From a virus: a stretch of 64,000 nt of DNA. The translations under genes were made by a program, and so were the position numbers. The number at the start of each line of letters is the position of its first letter. The stretch's first letter is position 1. The notes beneath the pieces were generated by a model. The model did not search any database, had not been told where the DNA came from, and saw only the letters and a program-made list of their open reading frames with translations. The stretch covers positions 32,001 to 96,000 of IMG/VR virus record IMGVR_UViG_3300035661_000011; one strand, 5' to 3'. Below, in pieces: positions 49,516 to 59,838 of this stretch.

Positions 49516-51114
49516 ATGGATTCGAAAATGCTAGATTACTGTAACGAACGAGTTGCAAAGCTGAATACAGATATTATCACCAGTGTTGCCACTACTCAAT
49601 TAAACAAAGTGGAGATGTATATAGATTGGGTATGGAAATGTGCATCTAAAGGCTTTCCTGAGGGATTAAAGTATAAGGGTGGTAGACGGTGCACACCAAG
49701 AGAAACGTTTACTGAGCTAACTAAAACAGGCTCCCCTAACCGTATCTATGACATGGCTAGGTCTGATGTATATCTAATGCGATACGATTTCGAATACAAA
49801 GGTGTAAAACTAAAACCTAAACATATCTTTTTACCGTTTATAAACGATGGTGGACTTATGTTTATTCGTGACACGCAATATAGCGTGACACCAGTTATCA
49901 GTGGGAGGGTTTTTAATATAGAACAAAATAACATTTACTTGCCTTCCACACGACTACGTATGGGGTTTTGGCAAATCAACATTTCCTGTTTGGTAAACGA
50001 CATGGAAATTAACCCGTATGCAGTAGGTAGTTATCTGTTTTCAATTTACCCAGAAACAGATAGATCGCCGTTAAAACCATTACTCATACATTACCTTTTA
50101 GCAAAATATGGCTTGGCTAAAACGTTAAAGTTTTATAAACTAACTGCAAAAGTTGGTGGTAAAGAATTAGATGAACTAGACAAATCAAAATGGTTTGTCT
50201 TTAAAAGTAAACTGATACACACTGCTGCTTTCTATGAGGGTTTAGCACCAGAGATAAGAATAGCTGTATCATGCGAAACATATTACACATTAGCCAGCAA
50301 TATCATAGCTAGTATCTTTTATATATTCGATAATGCGGCTGAGGCAACAGCGGAGTTGGATGAATTAAATAATCCAAATCTATGGTTACGGTTATTAGAC
50401 TTTTTTATATATAAGGAACGTTGTGGAGAAACCAAATTAAAAGAGCGAATGACAAAACATTTAGAGTCGATGGAATCTACCATTGACTCTATTACAATTG
50501 ATACGTTTAGACGAGCAGGAGTGGACTCTAGTACGATTTTTGAATTGTTCCGTCACCTTACCCTTAACTTTCAGGATATGTGCGTACATTACGATTATGG
50601 GACGATGTACGATTTACAATTGTGTACAGTTGAACCATTAACGTTTGGTGTTAGAAAGGATATATTTAACACTATGTATATTTTGCAGAAAACTCCAGAT
50701 ATCTATTTGGAGGAAGCTAAGATAAATAGCATAATCTCTAAAAATATAAAGAGAGATAGAATTTTAGATTGGAAAGGACATGGTGAGTTAGAACCTGTAA
50801 GCGTGGCATCGTCTTGTATGGTATTTGGCCCATCTGCTGATTTAATTACACATCGTAAAGCAACAGGGGTCTCTGGTGACGGAATGGTAGACTTAAACGA
50901 TAGAGGTCTACTGATGCATCAGAGTTTATTAGAAATTGCATCTATACACGCATGTACAGGCAAAGATTTTACGGGGAGATCTATAGCCAACCCGTATCAG
51001 GAGTTTTCAAACGGCTATGTTACATCACAGGCATCAGATACTAAGAGTCAGTTAGATAGACTTGGTGCTCAATTAAAACGAGGAAAACATTTAAATGAGG
51101 TTAATTTATGCTAG
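49516..51114 (+). CDS. Non-virion RNA polymerase beta subunit, N-terminal part (phiKZ gp123-like)
   Basis: FPEGLKY.G.RRCTP.E, ARSDVYLM, IFLPF...GG...PVI, HYLLAKYG, GRSIANPY. Confidence 0.85.
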   Translation: MDSKMLDYCNERVAKLNTDIITSVATTQLNKVEMYIDWVWKCASKGFPEGLKYKGGRRCTPRETFTELTKTGSPNRIYDMARSDVYLMRYDFEYKGVKLKPKHIFLPFINDGGLMFIRDTQYSVTPVISGRVFNIEQNNIYLPSTRLRMGFWQINISCLVNDMEINPYAVGSYLFSIYPETDRSPLKPLLIHYLLAKYGLAKTLKFYKLTAKVGGKELDELDKSKWFVFKSKLIHTAAFYEGLAPEIRIAVSCETYYTLASNIIASIFYIFDNAAEATAELDELNNPNLWLRLLDFFIYKERCGETKLKERMTKHLESMESTIDSITIDTFRRAGVDSSTIFELFRHLTLNFQDMCVHYDYGTMYDLQLCTVEPLTFGVRKDIFNTMYILQKTPDIYLEEAKINSIISKNIKRDRILDWKGHGELEPVSVASSCMVFGPSADLITHRKATGVSGDGMVDLNDRGLLMHQSLLEIASIHACTGKDFTGRSIANPYQEFSNGYVTSQASDTKSQLDRLGAQLKRGKHLNEVNLC

Positions 51115-52640
51115 AAAGAATGGTGGGTGGTAATACTAGTAGAATGAATAATACTGGTAGTCAGGACACTTTAAAAAACCGATTATCAAATATGGTTTTA
51201 AATATCGTTACTTATTTTAAGTTAAATGCTGATGAGTGCGAATTGTATTATACGGGTATTGACCGTTACTTTGATGCGTATTGGCGTGATTTATCACCAC
51301 TGGTTGGATCTGATATTGATAACTTTATGCAACAGTTATGTCTGAGTATATTGGGTACTACAATACCAGCATTTCTTACCAATGGTCCAGATTTTGACGA
51401 TGGTATTTATAAAGCAGACCTAATGATTAATGCACTGGATGCTAGTCATAATCAAAGGTCTAATGGGCATTCTGGTGGACGTAACTCGTCCAATGTAGGT
51501 ATTGCACGCAATGTGCAGCAGCACCATAATCGTGGTGGCAGTGCGTATTCGACAAGTTCAGGTCGTCGAATGGAAAGTAAAAAACCAAGTTTGGTACAAA
51601 GAGATGAGGCAGAGATGTACGATAAACAACATTATACTAGTGGAAGGACTACATTACCGCACACTTCTGCACCATTAAAAACCGCAGTTGGTGGAACCAA
51701 ACCAGTAGCTGGTGCTACACGCATATTAATTTTACCACCAGTAGTAGATCGATTAATGGAATTCGAAAAAGATGACCATTCAAATATAGATCAGTTATCA
51801 CATGAGCCAAGTGTAGTTAGCTATCAGTTGGGAACAATTAGCGAGTTAGTTAATGGTGATAAACCATCACTTTATAAATGGTGGGTTGAGGAGCATATGG
51901 TATATGGTACTAGTGTATCCCACCCAGAAGCAGATGAACGTGTCACATTTATATTTAATTCATTCTCCACAGTGAATGACTACGATACACTAATCGACCT
52001 TATACGGGAATTGGGAAACCTTAGTAAAAATGAAATAGTGATGTGGTTATCTAATCGCATAACCGATGAAATTCTAAGTTTTATTCAACGAAACTATGAC
52101 TGCGCAGACCAACTAATGTGTACGTCATATCTTCGAAAGCCAGTTGAGTCATTAGAAGAGTTAGCCGTATTCGGTATTAAAGAACAAGTGGTACATCAGA
52201 TTCTAGCCACTTTCCGTAAACTGTTTAAGGATTGGGCATTTTTAGTTTTACATCAGGTAGACCCCGTAATAGCTGGTATAGCCGAACTAAATGCTGAAGG
52301 TGGAGTTGGGAAAGGTGGTGACGGTGATGTAATGCTAACCACAGTTGTATTGCGATATGCAAAGAATATATTAACGCTACCTATCATGGCGTTATATTAC
52401 AAATATGGAAATGAAGAACTTGAAATTAATAACAAATCGTTATATGTTCTTTCAGCTAAACCTTGTGTAAAAACCGATGCTATAGATGCATTGATTCAAA
52501 ATGTATTTGGTCGATTTACAGATCCTGATGACCACGAGTTATTAATTGTGGATAAAACCTTAACTCTGTACAGAACATTCAAGTTACGTGATGAACCCCC
52601 GACGGAAGTGTTCTATGAAATCGAAAAGCTAACCCTTTAA
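51108..52640 (+). CDS. Hypothetical protein (gp124-like position)
   Basis: 510 aa, GAGG RBS, central G/S/N-rich linker. Confidence 0.75.
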   Translation: MLERMVGGNTSRMNNTGSQDTLKNRLSNMVLNIVTYFKLNADECELYYTGIDRYFDAYWRDLSPLVGSDIDNFMQQLCLSILGTTIPAFLTNGPDFDDGIYKADLMINALDASHNQRSNGHSGGRNSSNVGIARNVQQHHNRGGSAYSTSSGRRMESKKPSLVQRDEAEMYDKQHYTSGRTTLPHTSAPLKTAVGGTKPVAGATRILILPPVVDRLMEFEKDDHSNIDQLSHEPSVVSYQLGTISELVNGDKPSLYKWWVEEHMVYGTSVSHPEADERVTFIFNSFSTVNDYDTLIDLIRELGNLSKNEIVMWLSNRITDEILSFIQRNYDCADQLMCTSYLRKPVESLEELAVFGIKEQVVHQILATFRKLFKDWAFLVLHQVDPVIAGIAELNAEGGVGKGGDGDVMLTTVVLRYAKNILTLPIMALYYKYGNEELEINNKSLYVLSAKPCVKTDAIDALIQNVFGRFTDPDDHELLIVDKTLTLYRTFKLRDEPPTEVFYEIEKLTL

Positions 52641-52644
52641 AAGT

Positions 52645-52680
52645 ACGATACATACACTCAGTGATGAGTGTATGTATCGT
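52645..52680. terminator. Hairpin, 16-bp stem with GTGA loop, between convergent genes
   Basis: ACGATACATACACTCA-GTGA-TGAGTGTATGTATCGT. Confidence 0.78.
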
Positions 52681-52688
52681 CTAGTTTG

Positions 52689-52964
52689 TTACTTATTTTT
52701 TTTGTTACTACCAGATAACTTTTGTATCATCTGGTTAATCTTTCTTTCGTCCTTACGTTTACTCCACCATGCTGTAAACCGCTTATACCCGCTGTACAAT
52801 TGAGCAACACCTAAAACCATACCTACCACATACTTAAGTACATCTGATGCTTCACCAAACTGGTAATTGTCCGTTATTGTTTCATGTACTACATGTACAT
52901 AATCTAAACTGGATTTCACATGATCTAAACTATCTGGCGGTAATGATAACTTATCGATATCCAT
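52689..52964 (-). CDS. Small protein with one hydrophobic helix
   Basis: GGAG RBS, VVGMVLGVAQLY followed by a basic tail. Confidence 0.65.
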   Translation of the reverse strand: MDIDKLSLPPDSLDHVKSSLDYVHVVHETITDNYQFGEASDVLKYVVGMVLGVAQLYSGYKRFTAWWSKRKDERKINQMIQKLSGSNKKNK

Positions 52965-52975
52965 ACAACACTCCG

Positions 52976-53515
52976 TTATGAAATGCTATTAAGCACCCCG
53001 CATATATATAACCCCACAGCAACTGCGTCTATGCTATCGGGGTCTAATAAGTGTGTATTCCCGATAACGTTTTTTATGTTTCTTTCTAAAATCGCTGCTC
53101 TTACCAAAGACTTATCTCCAGACCCACCACTCACAGCTAAGTTCTTTTTAACTAATGCCGCAGGGACACGCTCGAACAACATCGCTTCATCATACTGAAA
53201 CACAGTATTCTCTATCATTGTTAAAACTGCCACTAAAACTTCAAATGCCGCAGGGCGTTTAGGGTTCCAAAATGGTATTTCAGATCCAACCAATGTGGGA
53301 TTAAAAGTCTGTAGTAGCTCAGTAAACTTTATAGCTAAAGCGTGTAACCTAGCATATCTCTCACCGTGTGTATCGACTATATATCCGGACTCCTTTATTA
53401 GTTCATCAGTGAATATAGTTTCAGCGTGTATTATGGTTGGTTCACCAAGTTCGTCGAGTTCTAATATAGCAACCCCACATTTATGTAGTCCTGGATCTAT
53501 AGATAAGATTATCAT
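52976..53515 (-). CDS. ruvC: Holliday junction resolvase RuvC-like
   Basis: ILSIDPG...CGVAIL, SE.PF, VKK..A..G.GDK, DSIDAVAVG acidic tetrad. Confidence 0.9.
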   Translation of the reverse strand: MIILSIDPGLHKCGVAILELDELGEPTIIHAETIFTDELIKESGYIVDTHGERYARLHALAIKFTELLQTFNPTLVGSEIPFWNPKRPAAFEVLVAVLTMIENTVFQYDEAMLFERVPAALVKKNLAVSGGSGDKSLVRAAILERNIKNVIGNTHLLDPDSIDAVAVGLYICGVLNSIS

Positions 53516-53519
53516 TGAA

Positions 53520-54359
53520 TTAAATTGAAACCAATAGAGGTTGAGCAATACCGATGTTAATACCTTCGGTTAAGCTTGGGTTAGGGTTAGAGTTAGCTGG
53601 ATAGACAATTGATATAAAGTTAGCCACCTGTGCACATTGTACTTCGGTGTGTGTGGCCTGTACACCGTTTACTAATAGTGGAGCTTCTACATCAAACCCA
53701 TGAACTAATGCCATTTCTGATATAGTGGCTGCGTTTGCAGTACCGTACAGTAGTATGCATGCGTCAATAATTCCGTTTAAATCAGCTTCAGATAACTGAA
53801 TACTGGTATCTATGGTTGTAGCAATGTGATTACCTGAAACAAGGTTTAAAGATATGTTTGAGGAATCAATCATATTTGGGTTCTGTGTAGCCAACGTTGG
53901 GACATATGTGTTTTGGTTAACCACCACACCACCTTCTAGTTTAAACGTGGTATAACCTATTTGCATAGGTGGAAAATCCAACACTTTTAAGTAGTAAGCG
54001 ATGTACTGGTTGCTGCGTATAGTCAAAGGTACACGTATTCTATACTTTGACATTTCAACTAAAGTCAGATCGTTATTAGCTGGAACAATCAACCACGGTA
54101 ACTGATTCTTTAATGCAGAGTCGGTGCAACTATGCATTAAACCATAAACAAAGTTATCGCCAGTTACCACAGCGTGACCACCATTTCCTACAGCGAGGTA
54201 TTTTATTTCAGGATATCCTTCGGTTGGTGGTGTGGCATAATTGATACCAAATTTATCGTTTAAAGTAGTTCCCGCAGCAGGTGTAAATGGTAATTTGTAT
54301 TTACTTGCTAATGTAGCAAATTGGTCATAAATTGTTGTAACAGCGTTTGCCTTAGACAT
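53520..54359 (-). CDS. Virion structural protein (gp127-like)
   Basis: TTLNDKF, YLAVGNGGH, YIAYYLK, ISEMALVHG.D. Confidence 0.75.
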   Translation of the reverse strand: MSKANAVTTIYDQFATLASKYKLPFTPAAGTTLNDKFGINYATPPTEGYPEIKYLAVGNGGHAVVTGDNFVYGLMHSCTDSALKNQLPWLIVPANNDLTLVEMSKYRIRVPLTIRSNQYIAYYLKVLDFPPMQIGYTTFKLEGGVVVNQNTYVPTLATQNPNMIDSSNISLNLVSGNHIATTIDTSIQLSEADLNGIIDACILLYGTANAATISEMALVHGFDVEAPLLVNGVQATHTEVQCAQVANFISIVYPANSNPNPSLTEGINIGIAQPLLVSI

Positions 54360-54370
54360 ATCTGAGTTTC

Positions 54371-56503
54371 CTATTCGGTGAGTGTTGTAATTTGTGGACC
54401 GTTACCTACAATGTAAGATTTGTGGTGCCCATTAAATTTAGAATTTAAAGAAATAAAACTTTCTACAGATGTGTTGTATTGTGCACCTGTGGATTTTATC
54501 GTATAGATAATTCCACTATCTAATAAGTTAGATGTGCCTTCAACGTGTGTGTTTTTTGGCATCACATCTATTGAATCGTCTATGGTCGTAGTGTTCCGTA
54601 TATCAACATACGATACCCGACAGTCGGGTAAGTTAGCAGGTAAAGGTGTGTTATAATTAGTTGCTTCACCAGCTACAAACGTTACAGTGTAACTGCATAT
54701 CTGACTTAGAATATCTAACATATTTGAGTACGGAGATTGTAATGTGGCAGTCTCTATTTCAATTGCCATAAACTTATTTGAAATCTGCACAATTAATTCT
54801 CTATATGTAAAGTCCGTCCACTTACTAGAGTTCAACCTAATGCGATTTAAAAAATCACTATACTTGGTCTCTGCACAAAATGTACATTTCACATCATTAT
54901 AAAACGACCATATTAAAGACAATGCTTCAGACCTAGCTATGTAATCTGATTCTTGTGAAACAACTATTAAATGTAAAAACTTATTGGAAATTACCCCATC
55001 CATATAGTTTGAAAACTCAGATAGCGAATACGCTTTCTTTGCCACAGTCTGGAACTTGTTTATAGTTGAGTAAACATCAAAGTTATCCCCATATTGAAAT
55101 TTAGCTTCCAGTAAACCACGTATTGTGGATTCTGGATAGTTGGGTTTAACCATTATGTCTTTTACCCAAAACTCTGGAATGTTAACTGTATCACTTAGTG
55201 ATAGCTGAGCATTGGCGTATAGATACAATACAGCAGCGTCTTTCGCTGTTAGTAATAAATTGGTTATACCAACGTCAACCAAGTCGATAGATATTTTAAA
55301 CTTAATATAATCGATGCTAGTTAAATAAAACCAATTGTTAACATGTTCCAGTGTCTTGTTAACTAAATCTAACGCAACATTATTTGCAACATTCCCTTCA
55401 ATTACACCAGTTAGTATATCGTTCGATACAGAGCTGTTAGAGTCATTTATTAAGGCTAAGGTATCCAACTCTATTACTTTCTTATTATCGACGCCTGTAG
55501 AGGCTAATAGGTTGACAAAATCACCAGGTGTTAACTGAGTCACTCGTCCAGATTCTAAAACGTTTTCACCGTATGGAAATTTATAAACTCCAACATCACC
55601 AACTAAATCTGTCAGTTTACCAGACTTTAAATGTTTATGTGCAGTAATAAAGTTTTTTCTTACTGTAAACGCAGATAAGTCTAAGTTAAACGGTTTAGCA
55701 AATCCATCATTTAAAAAGTCTAAAATTTTAGTAGTTCCAGAATTAGCAATAATGTATTCAATATTTCTATAAAGGAATAACGCTTGTCCGTAAGGTATTA
55801 CACCTTTGTGTTTAGATAAATCAAAATATCCACTTAGATAGTTCCACACGTGCCATTCGTTAACATACGGTGTTTTACAATTCTCCAATCTAATGTTAAC
55901 AATCTCCATCGGTAATGTAACAAATAGAATCCCAATTATTGCAGCTGGGTACAGGTGGTCTGTTAAACCGTAGTTAACGTTATCAAACCTATATATAAAA
56001 CGATCAATGTAACCTTGTACTTTCGGTATAACATTTGTTTCATTATAGTTTAATAGTAAACGGTTATAATGTAGGATTTGATAGTCAGCAGCTTCAATAG
56101 ACACATCCAATGGAATGGGGTCAATTATACCGCGTATTAAAATGTCATCGTTTGGGTATTTCAGTAATATGTTTTTGTATGTGTCACCTAGTGTACGTAA
56201 TTCTGATAACGTTTCTGGATTGTTAACTAACGATTGTGTATTAAACGGTATCATTTCATCTAAGTCCAATGAATACACAACCATATCAGTTGGGTCACTA
56301 TTATAATTATTTTGACCAACGTAAGCTATACCAGCTAGATTTAAGTAATATTTCCAGCTAGTGCGTTCCACCGGAATAACTTCGTTATTTAATTGTAAAA
56401 CCGTATTAATTGCCTTAGCGGTGTAATTAGATTTTACAATAAAACTATCCACTAACCGGATAGTGTTTGACACATAGTTAAAGTATTCAGTTGATACTAA
56501 CAT
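54371..56503 (-). CDS. Virion structural (baseplate) protein (gp128-like)
   Basis: SWKYYLNLAG, LIRGII.P, IRLENCKT, ALFLYRNIEYI, SYTV. Start MLVSTEY (56503). Confidence 0.78.
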   Translation of the reverse strand: MLVSTEYFNYVSNTIRLVDSFIVKSNYTAKAINTVLQLNNEVIPVERTSWKYYLNLAGIAYVGQNNYNSDPTDMVVYSLDLDEMIPFNTQSLVNNPETLSELRTLGDTYKNILLKYPNDDILIRGIIDPIPLDVSIEAADYQILHYNRLLLNYNETNVIPKVQGYIDRFIYRFDNVNYGLTDHLYPAAIIGILFVTLPMEIVNIRLENCKTPYVNEWHVWNYLSGYFDLSKHKGVIPYGQALFLYRNIEYIIANSGTTKILDFLNDGFAKPFNLDLSAFTVRKNFITAHKHLKSGKLTDLVGDVGVYKFPYGENVLESGRVTQLTPGDFVNLLASTGVDNKKVIELDTLALINDSNSSVSNDILTGVIEGNVANNVALDLVNKTLEHVNNWFYLTSIDYIKFKISIDLVDVGITNLLLTAKDAAVLYLYANAQLSLSDTVNIPEFWVKDIMVKPNYPESTIRGLLEAKFQYGDNFDVYSTINKFQTVAKKAYSLSEFSNYMDGVISNKFLHLIVVSQESDYIARSEALSLIWSFYNDVKCTFCAETKYSDFLNRIRLNSSKWTDFTYRELIVQISNKFMAIEIETATLQSPYSNMLDILSQICSYTVTFVAGEATNYNTPLPANLPDCRVSYVDIRNTTTIDDSIDVMPKNTHVEGTSNLLDSGIIYTIKSTGAQYNTSVESFISLNSKFNGHHKSYIVGNGPQITTLTE

Positions 56504-56541
56504 GGCTAACTCTTTTTTTATTTTAAGTAAAGGAAAAACGT

Positions 56542-59301
56542 ATGAAAAAAACAAACATACACCCGGACAATACAGCGTCCACAAAAGATTCTTTAAATCG
56601 ATTAAGTCGCGTTGCTAAACTTCCAATTACAGACATGGTAACGCCCACACTACGGCAACAAAGTAGTAACGTGAACATGGCACTCCCACACTTGCGAAGT
56701 ATGGTAGAACAGCACTCTGAACAGAATGCAGATTCAGAAAATATATTTCACCTACTACCTGATTTAGAAATAGCTAAACAAACTTTAGTAGATAATATTC
56801 TTTCTCCAACTGATTTACAGGAGGGTAACCTTAGTATAGGGTTACACAAAGAAGCACCTGCTGAAATGAACGAAATGATTCGAGTACATTTTAGTTCAGA
56901 TAACGGCTACAATTACAATAAGAAACAACCTTTATTTATTGAACAAGCTTTAGTGACAATTGGAAGTGTGGCACTATTACCAGTTCCACCAAGTGCTATA
57001 CGTAAAATCATTCATGACAACACATATGGTTTAGAAAATATAGGTGGAACTTATAGATTTAACAAAGGGGTTTACAACTGTATCCCCCTTGGTACATTAG
57101 CTAATATAAGACCAAACCAAACTGTAACCCAAACCTTATATTCTCAAACAGCAGAAAAGATTAAATCGTATTCCTTAGAAAGTGCATTAGACGATACTGT
57201 AGCCGCAATTACTAAAGGTGTAGGTGCCGATAATTTAGCTAATAATAACACAGCGACTGAGCTAGTTAACACCTATAATGAACTTAAAAGTGAAATGTCT
57301 AAGTTTAATGAAACCCAAACACTTGTGGAACTTACAGACAATCCAGCGTATATTTTTCACGGTATGATTTCTAAGTCGATTAAAGACTATAACATTAAAA
57401 CAAAGTTAGCTTTAGGTTGGGGATTAGAGTCTGCTGAAGATAAAAAAAGTCCATTAGCAGAATACCGTGATAGAAGTGTCAAAATGTTACCGTATATGGA
57501 ACTGCTATTCAATAAGGATAAAGTTGATACATTAAATCCAATTGTAATTCATTGGCCATCTGAGTCAGTGATACCGATTTTAAATCCCACTACAAGAGAG
57601 CACATTGCATACTACCTAGTTGCAGATTTAGATGGTCAACCGTTACGTTGCTGTAATTATCAGAACCGATATAGACAATTAAGTGACAAATTGGATAAAA
57701 CTGTTCACGATCAAGCTATGACCGTCAACTACACATTCGGCGTATCGTATCCGGGTTCTAACACAGTAGCTATGAACGAGAGAAGTAATTCTGCTGTTCT
57801 TTTATCCGCATACCAAGAAAGATTTGAAAGAGAATTAAAAGAAGTAATTAGTAATGGTGATTTAGGTGCAGAGGTAGATATAGCTAAAGTGCCAGATATT
57901 TATAGAATGATGTTTACTCGCCAGTTAGAGAAACAGGCCACTCGAGTAATTTATGTACCGGTTGACAGATTGTCATATATGGCGTATAACTATTCACCAG
58001 AGGGAGTTGGTATATCGTTAATAGAAAAGACTAAACTATATTCTTCATTTAGAGCAGTTTTAATATTTGCTCAGTTAATGGCAGCAGTTAAATCTTCAAT
58101 TAACCGTAGTCACTTAACTATTACTTTGGATGATAAAGAGATAGACCCACGTGGTACGGTCGAGATGGTTAGAAACGAAATGGCTAATCTACAAGCTGAT
58201 GGGTTTCCTGTTTATAAATTTCAATCACAGGACATCATTGACAGTATCCTTAAAGCTGGTATGCAAACCACAGTCAATGGTGCGCAGTATCCAAACACTA
58301 GTGTGGAGTTAGTAGAAAGTAAACGAGATGTATCTGCGCCAGCTACAGACCTCCAGGATATGCTTAAAGAGATGCAATATCAAGGTTGGGGATTATCATT
58401 GGACTTATTAGAAAAAGCTAATCAGATTGATTTCATGGGACAGATTGATAATATTAATTTATTACAATCAAAACGTATGTTAGGTAAGCAAGCCGTAACG
58501 TGTGAACGTGGTGCTAATTTTATTAAAACGTATTTAAGATGTGGTGGTAAATTCTATAATGAGTTGAAAGCGGTACGTGATAGTGCTAAATGTCAACTTA
58601 CTATGGAAGAAATAATTGAAAGTGTTACACTGATTCTTCCTAAAGCAGATTATGCTCAACATAAAGCACAAGCCACAGCGTTTACCGATTACACTACATT
58701 CATAACCGATGTGATGGATTCGGTGGTTAGTGATTCTGAATTAGGTAGTTTGTTAAAAGGTGAAAATGTATCTTCTGATATAGCTGGAGTTAAAACCATT
58801 CTAATTAATGAGTTGAGACGTAGATATTTAAAATCACGAAACATATTACCAGAGTTGTTTGAATTGGTGAGTGACCCAGAGAAAACGTTAAAGGGTATTC
58901 TTGAAGAACACGTTAAAACTAATGTCTCTATAGTTGGAGATTTAGCAAACATGGTAGCAAAAGAAGAGAAGAAAGTAGATGATAAAATTCAAGAGGCGGC
59001 AGATAAACTAAACCCACCAGCACCAGAAGATGATGCTGGAACCGATGGTGCTATAGATGGTGATGCTGGTGACGAGGGTGGTTCTGATGATGGTGATGTT
59101 AATGACATGGCAACAGATGATGCAGATTTAGATGTAGATGGCGGAGATGACGATACATCATTGGATGACACTGCTGTGGATGACGGTACTAGTGCTGACG
59201 ATACTTCTGATGATACAGAAGATGATTCGGATACCGAAGATGACGATACTGCTAGTAGTGACGATGATACAACTGAAGATAAGGATACAAAAGACAAGTA
59301 A
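56542..59301 (+). CDS. Portal protein (phiKZ gp129-like)
   Basis: IFHLLPDLEIA...ILSP.D, PSESVIP, G.SLIE. YGLE/YSLE/WGLE sites. Asp-rich tail. Divergent from gp128-like. Confidence 0.85.
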   Translation: MKKTNIHPDNTASTKDSLNRLSRVAKLPITDMVTPTLRQQSSNVNMALPHLRSMVEQHSEQNADSENIFHLLPDLEIAKQTLVDNILSPTDLQEGNLSIGLHKEAPAEMNEMIRVHFSSDNGYNYNKKQPLFIEQALVTIGSVALLPVPPSAIRKIIHDNTYGLENIGGTYRFNKGVYNCIPLGTLANIRPNQTVTQTLYSQTAEKIKSYSLESALDDTVAAITKGVGADNLANNNTATELVNTYNELKSEMSKFNETQTLVELTDNPAYIFHGMISKSIKDYNIKTKLALGWGLESAEDKKSPLAEYRDRSVKMLPYMELLFNKDKVDTLNPIVIHWPSESVIPILNPTTREHIAYYLVADLDGQPLRCCNYQNRYRQLSDKLDKTVHDQAMTVNYTFGVSYPGSNTVAMNERSNSAVLLSAYQERFERELKEVISNGDLGAEVDIAKVPDIYRMMFTRQLEKQATRVIYVPVDRLSYMAYNYSPEGVGISLIEKTKLYSSFRAVLIFAQLMAAVKSSINRSHLTITLDDKEIDPRGTVEMVRNEMANLQADGFPVYKFQSQDIIDSILKAGMQTTVNGAQYPNTSVELVESKRDVSAPATDLQDMLKEMQYQGWGLSLDLLEKANQIDFMGQIDNINLLQSKRMLGKQAVTCERGANFIKTYLRCGGKFYNELKAVRDSAKCQLTMEEIIESVTLILPKADYAQHKAQATAFTDYTTFITDVMDSVVSDSELGSLLKGENVSSDIAGVKTILINELRRRYLKSRNILPELFELVSDPEKTLKGILEEHVKTNVSIVGDLANMVAKEEKKVDDKIQEAADKLNPPAPEDDAGTDGAIDGDAGDEGGSDDGDVNDMATDDADLDVDGGDDDTSLDDTAVDDGTSADDTSDDTEDDSDTEDDDTASSDDDTTEDKDTKDK

Positions 59302-59315
59302 CCGAATACAAACTT

Positions 59316-59330
59316 AAACATATATTATCT
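59316..59330 (+). promoter_or_regulatory. Promoter motif AAACATATATTATCT
   Basis: Exact copy, abutting a hairpin. Confidence 0.7.
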
Positions 59331-59365
59331 GATAGAGTCATGTAAGAAATTACATGACTCTATCA
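59330..59365 (+). terminator. Hairpin, 16-bp stem with GAAA loop, after the portal gene
   Basis: TGATAGAGTCATGTAA-GAAA-TTACATGACTCTATCA. Confidence 0.7.
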
Positions 59366-59389
59366 TTTAAAATTACAATGGAGACACAC

Positions 59390-59818
59390 GTGGCAGAAAA
59401 CGAATTCAAATTTAAAAAGCTAGTAGTTGGCTCAGATATAACACGACAGTTAAACTTAAAAACAAATCCTACAAATGGACACAGTCTACCAATTGTTATA
59501 AACCAGTTGTCAATGTATCATAAAGACGTGGCGTATCCAACTCGTATGTTTGCATCAGAGGAAGACGTATGTGGGTTAGTATCTGGGGACATTGGTAACT
59601 ACATAGTCATTTGGTCAACTGGCACTGTGAAGTGTGTAGCGCAGCGCAAACACATTTCTAGTGCACACGGCACGTATCGATACGTTCGGACTAGTCAGTT
59701 AGATAAAGAAAGCGTTATAAGACTTAATAACTATCTACAACAAGTCGAAATAATTATGACCGAACGTTTACAAGAATTAACTTCAACTGACACAATAGTT
59801 TACACCAACGAATTATAA
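59390..59818 (+). CDS. Hypothetical protein
   Basis: GGAG RBS before GTG 59390. The longer start lies within the hairpin. Confidence 0.68.
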   Translation: MAENEFKFKKLVVGSDITRQLNLKTNPTNGHSLPIVINQLSMYHKDVAYPTRMFASEEDVCGLVSGDIGNYIVIWSTGTVKCVAQRKHISSAHGTYRYVRTSQLDKESVIRLNNYLQQVEIIMTERLQELTSTDTIVYTNEL

Positions 59819-59838
59819 ACTTTTAAAAGGATATTTTC

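Noticed and set aside
58989-59321. Ser-rich antisense ORF
   Set aside because: Shadow of the GAT/GAC-rich Asp tail of the portal gene.
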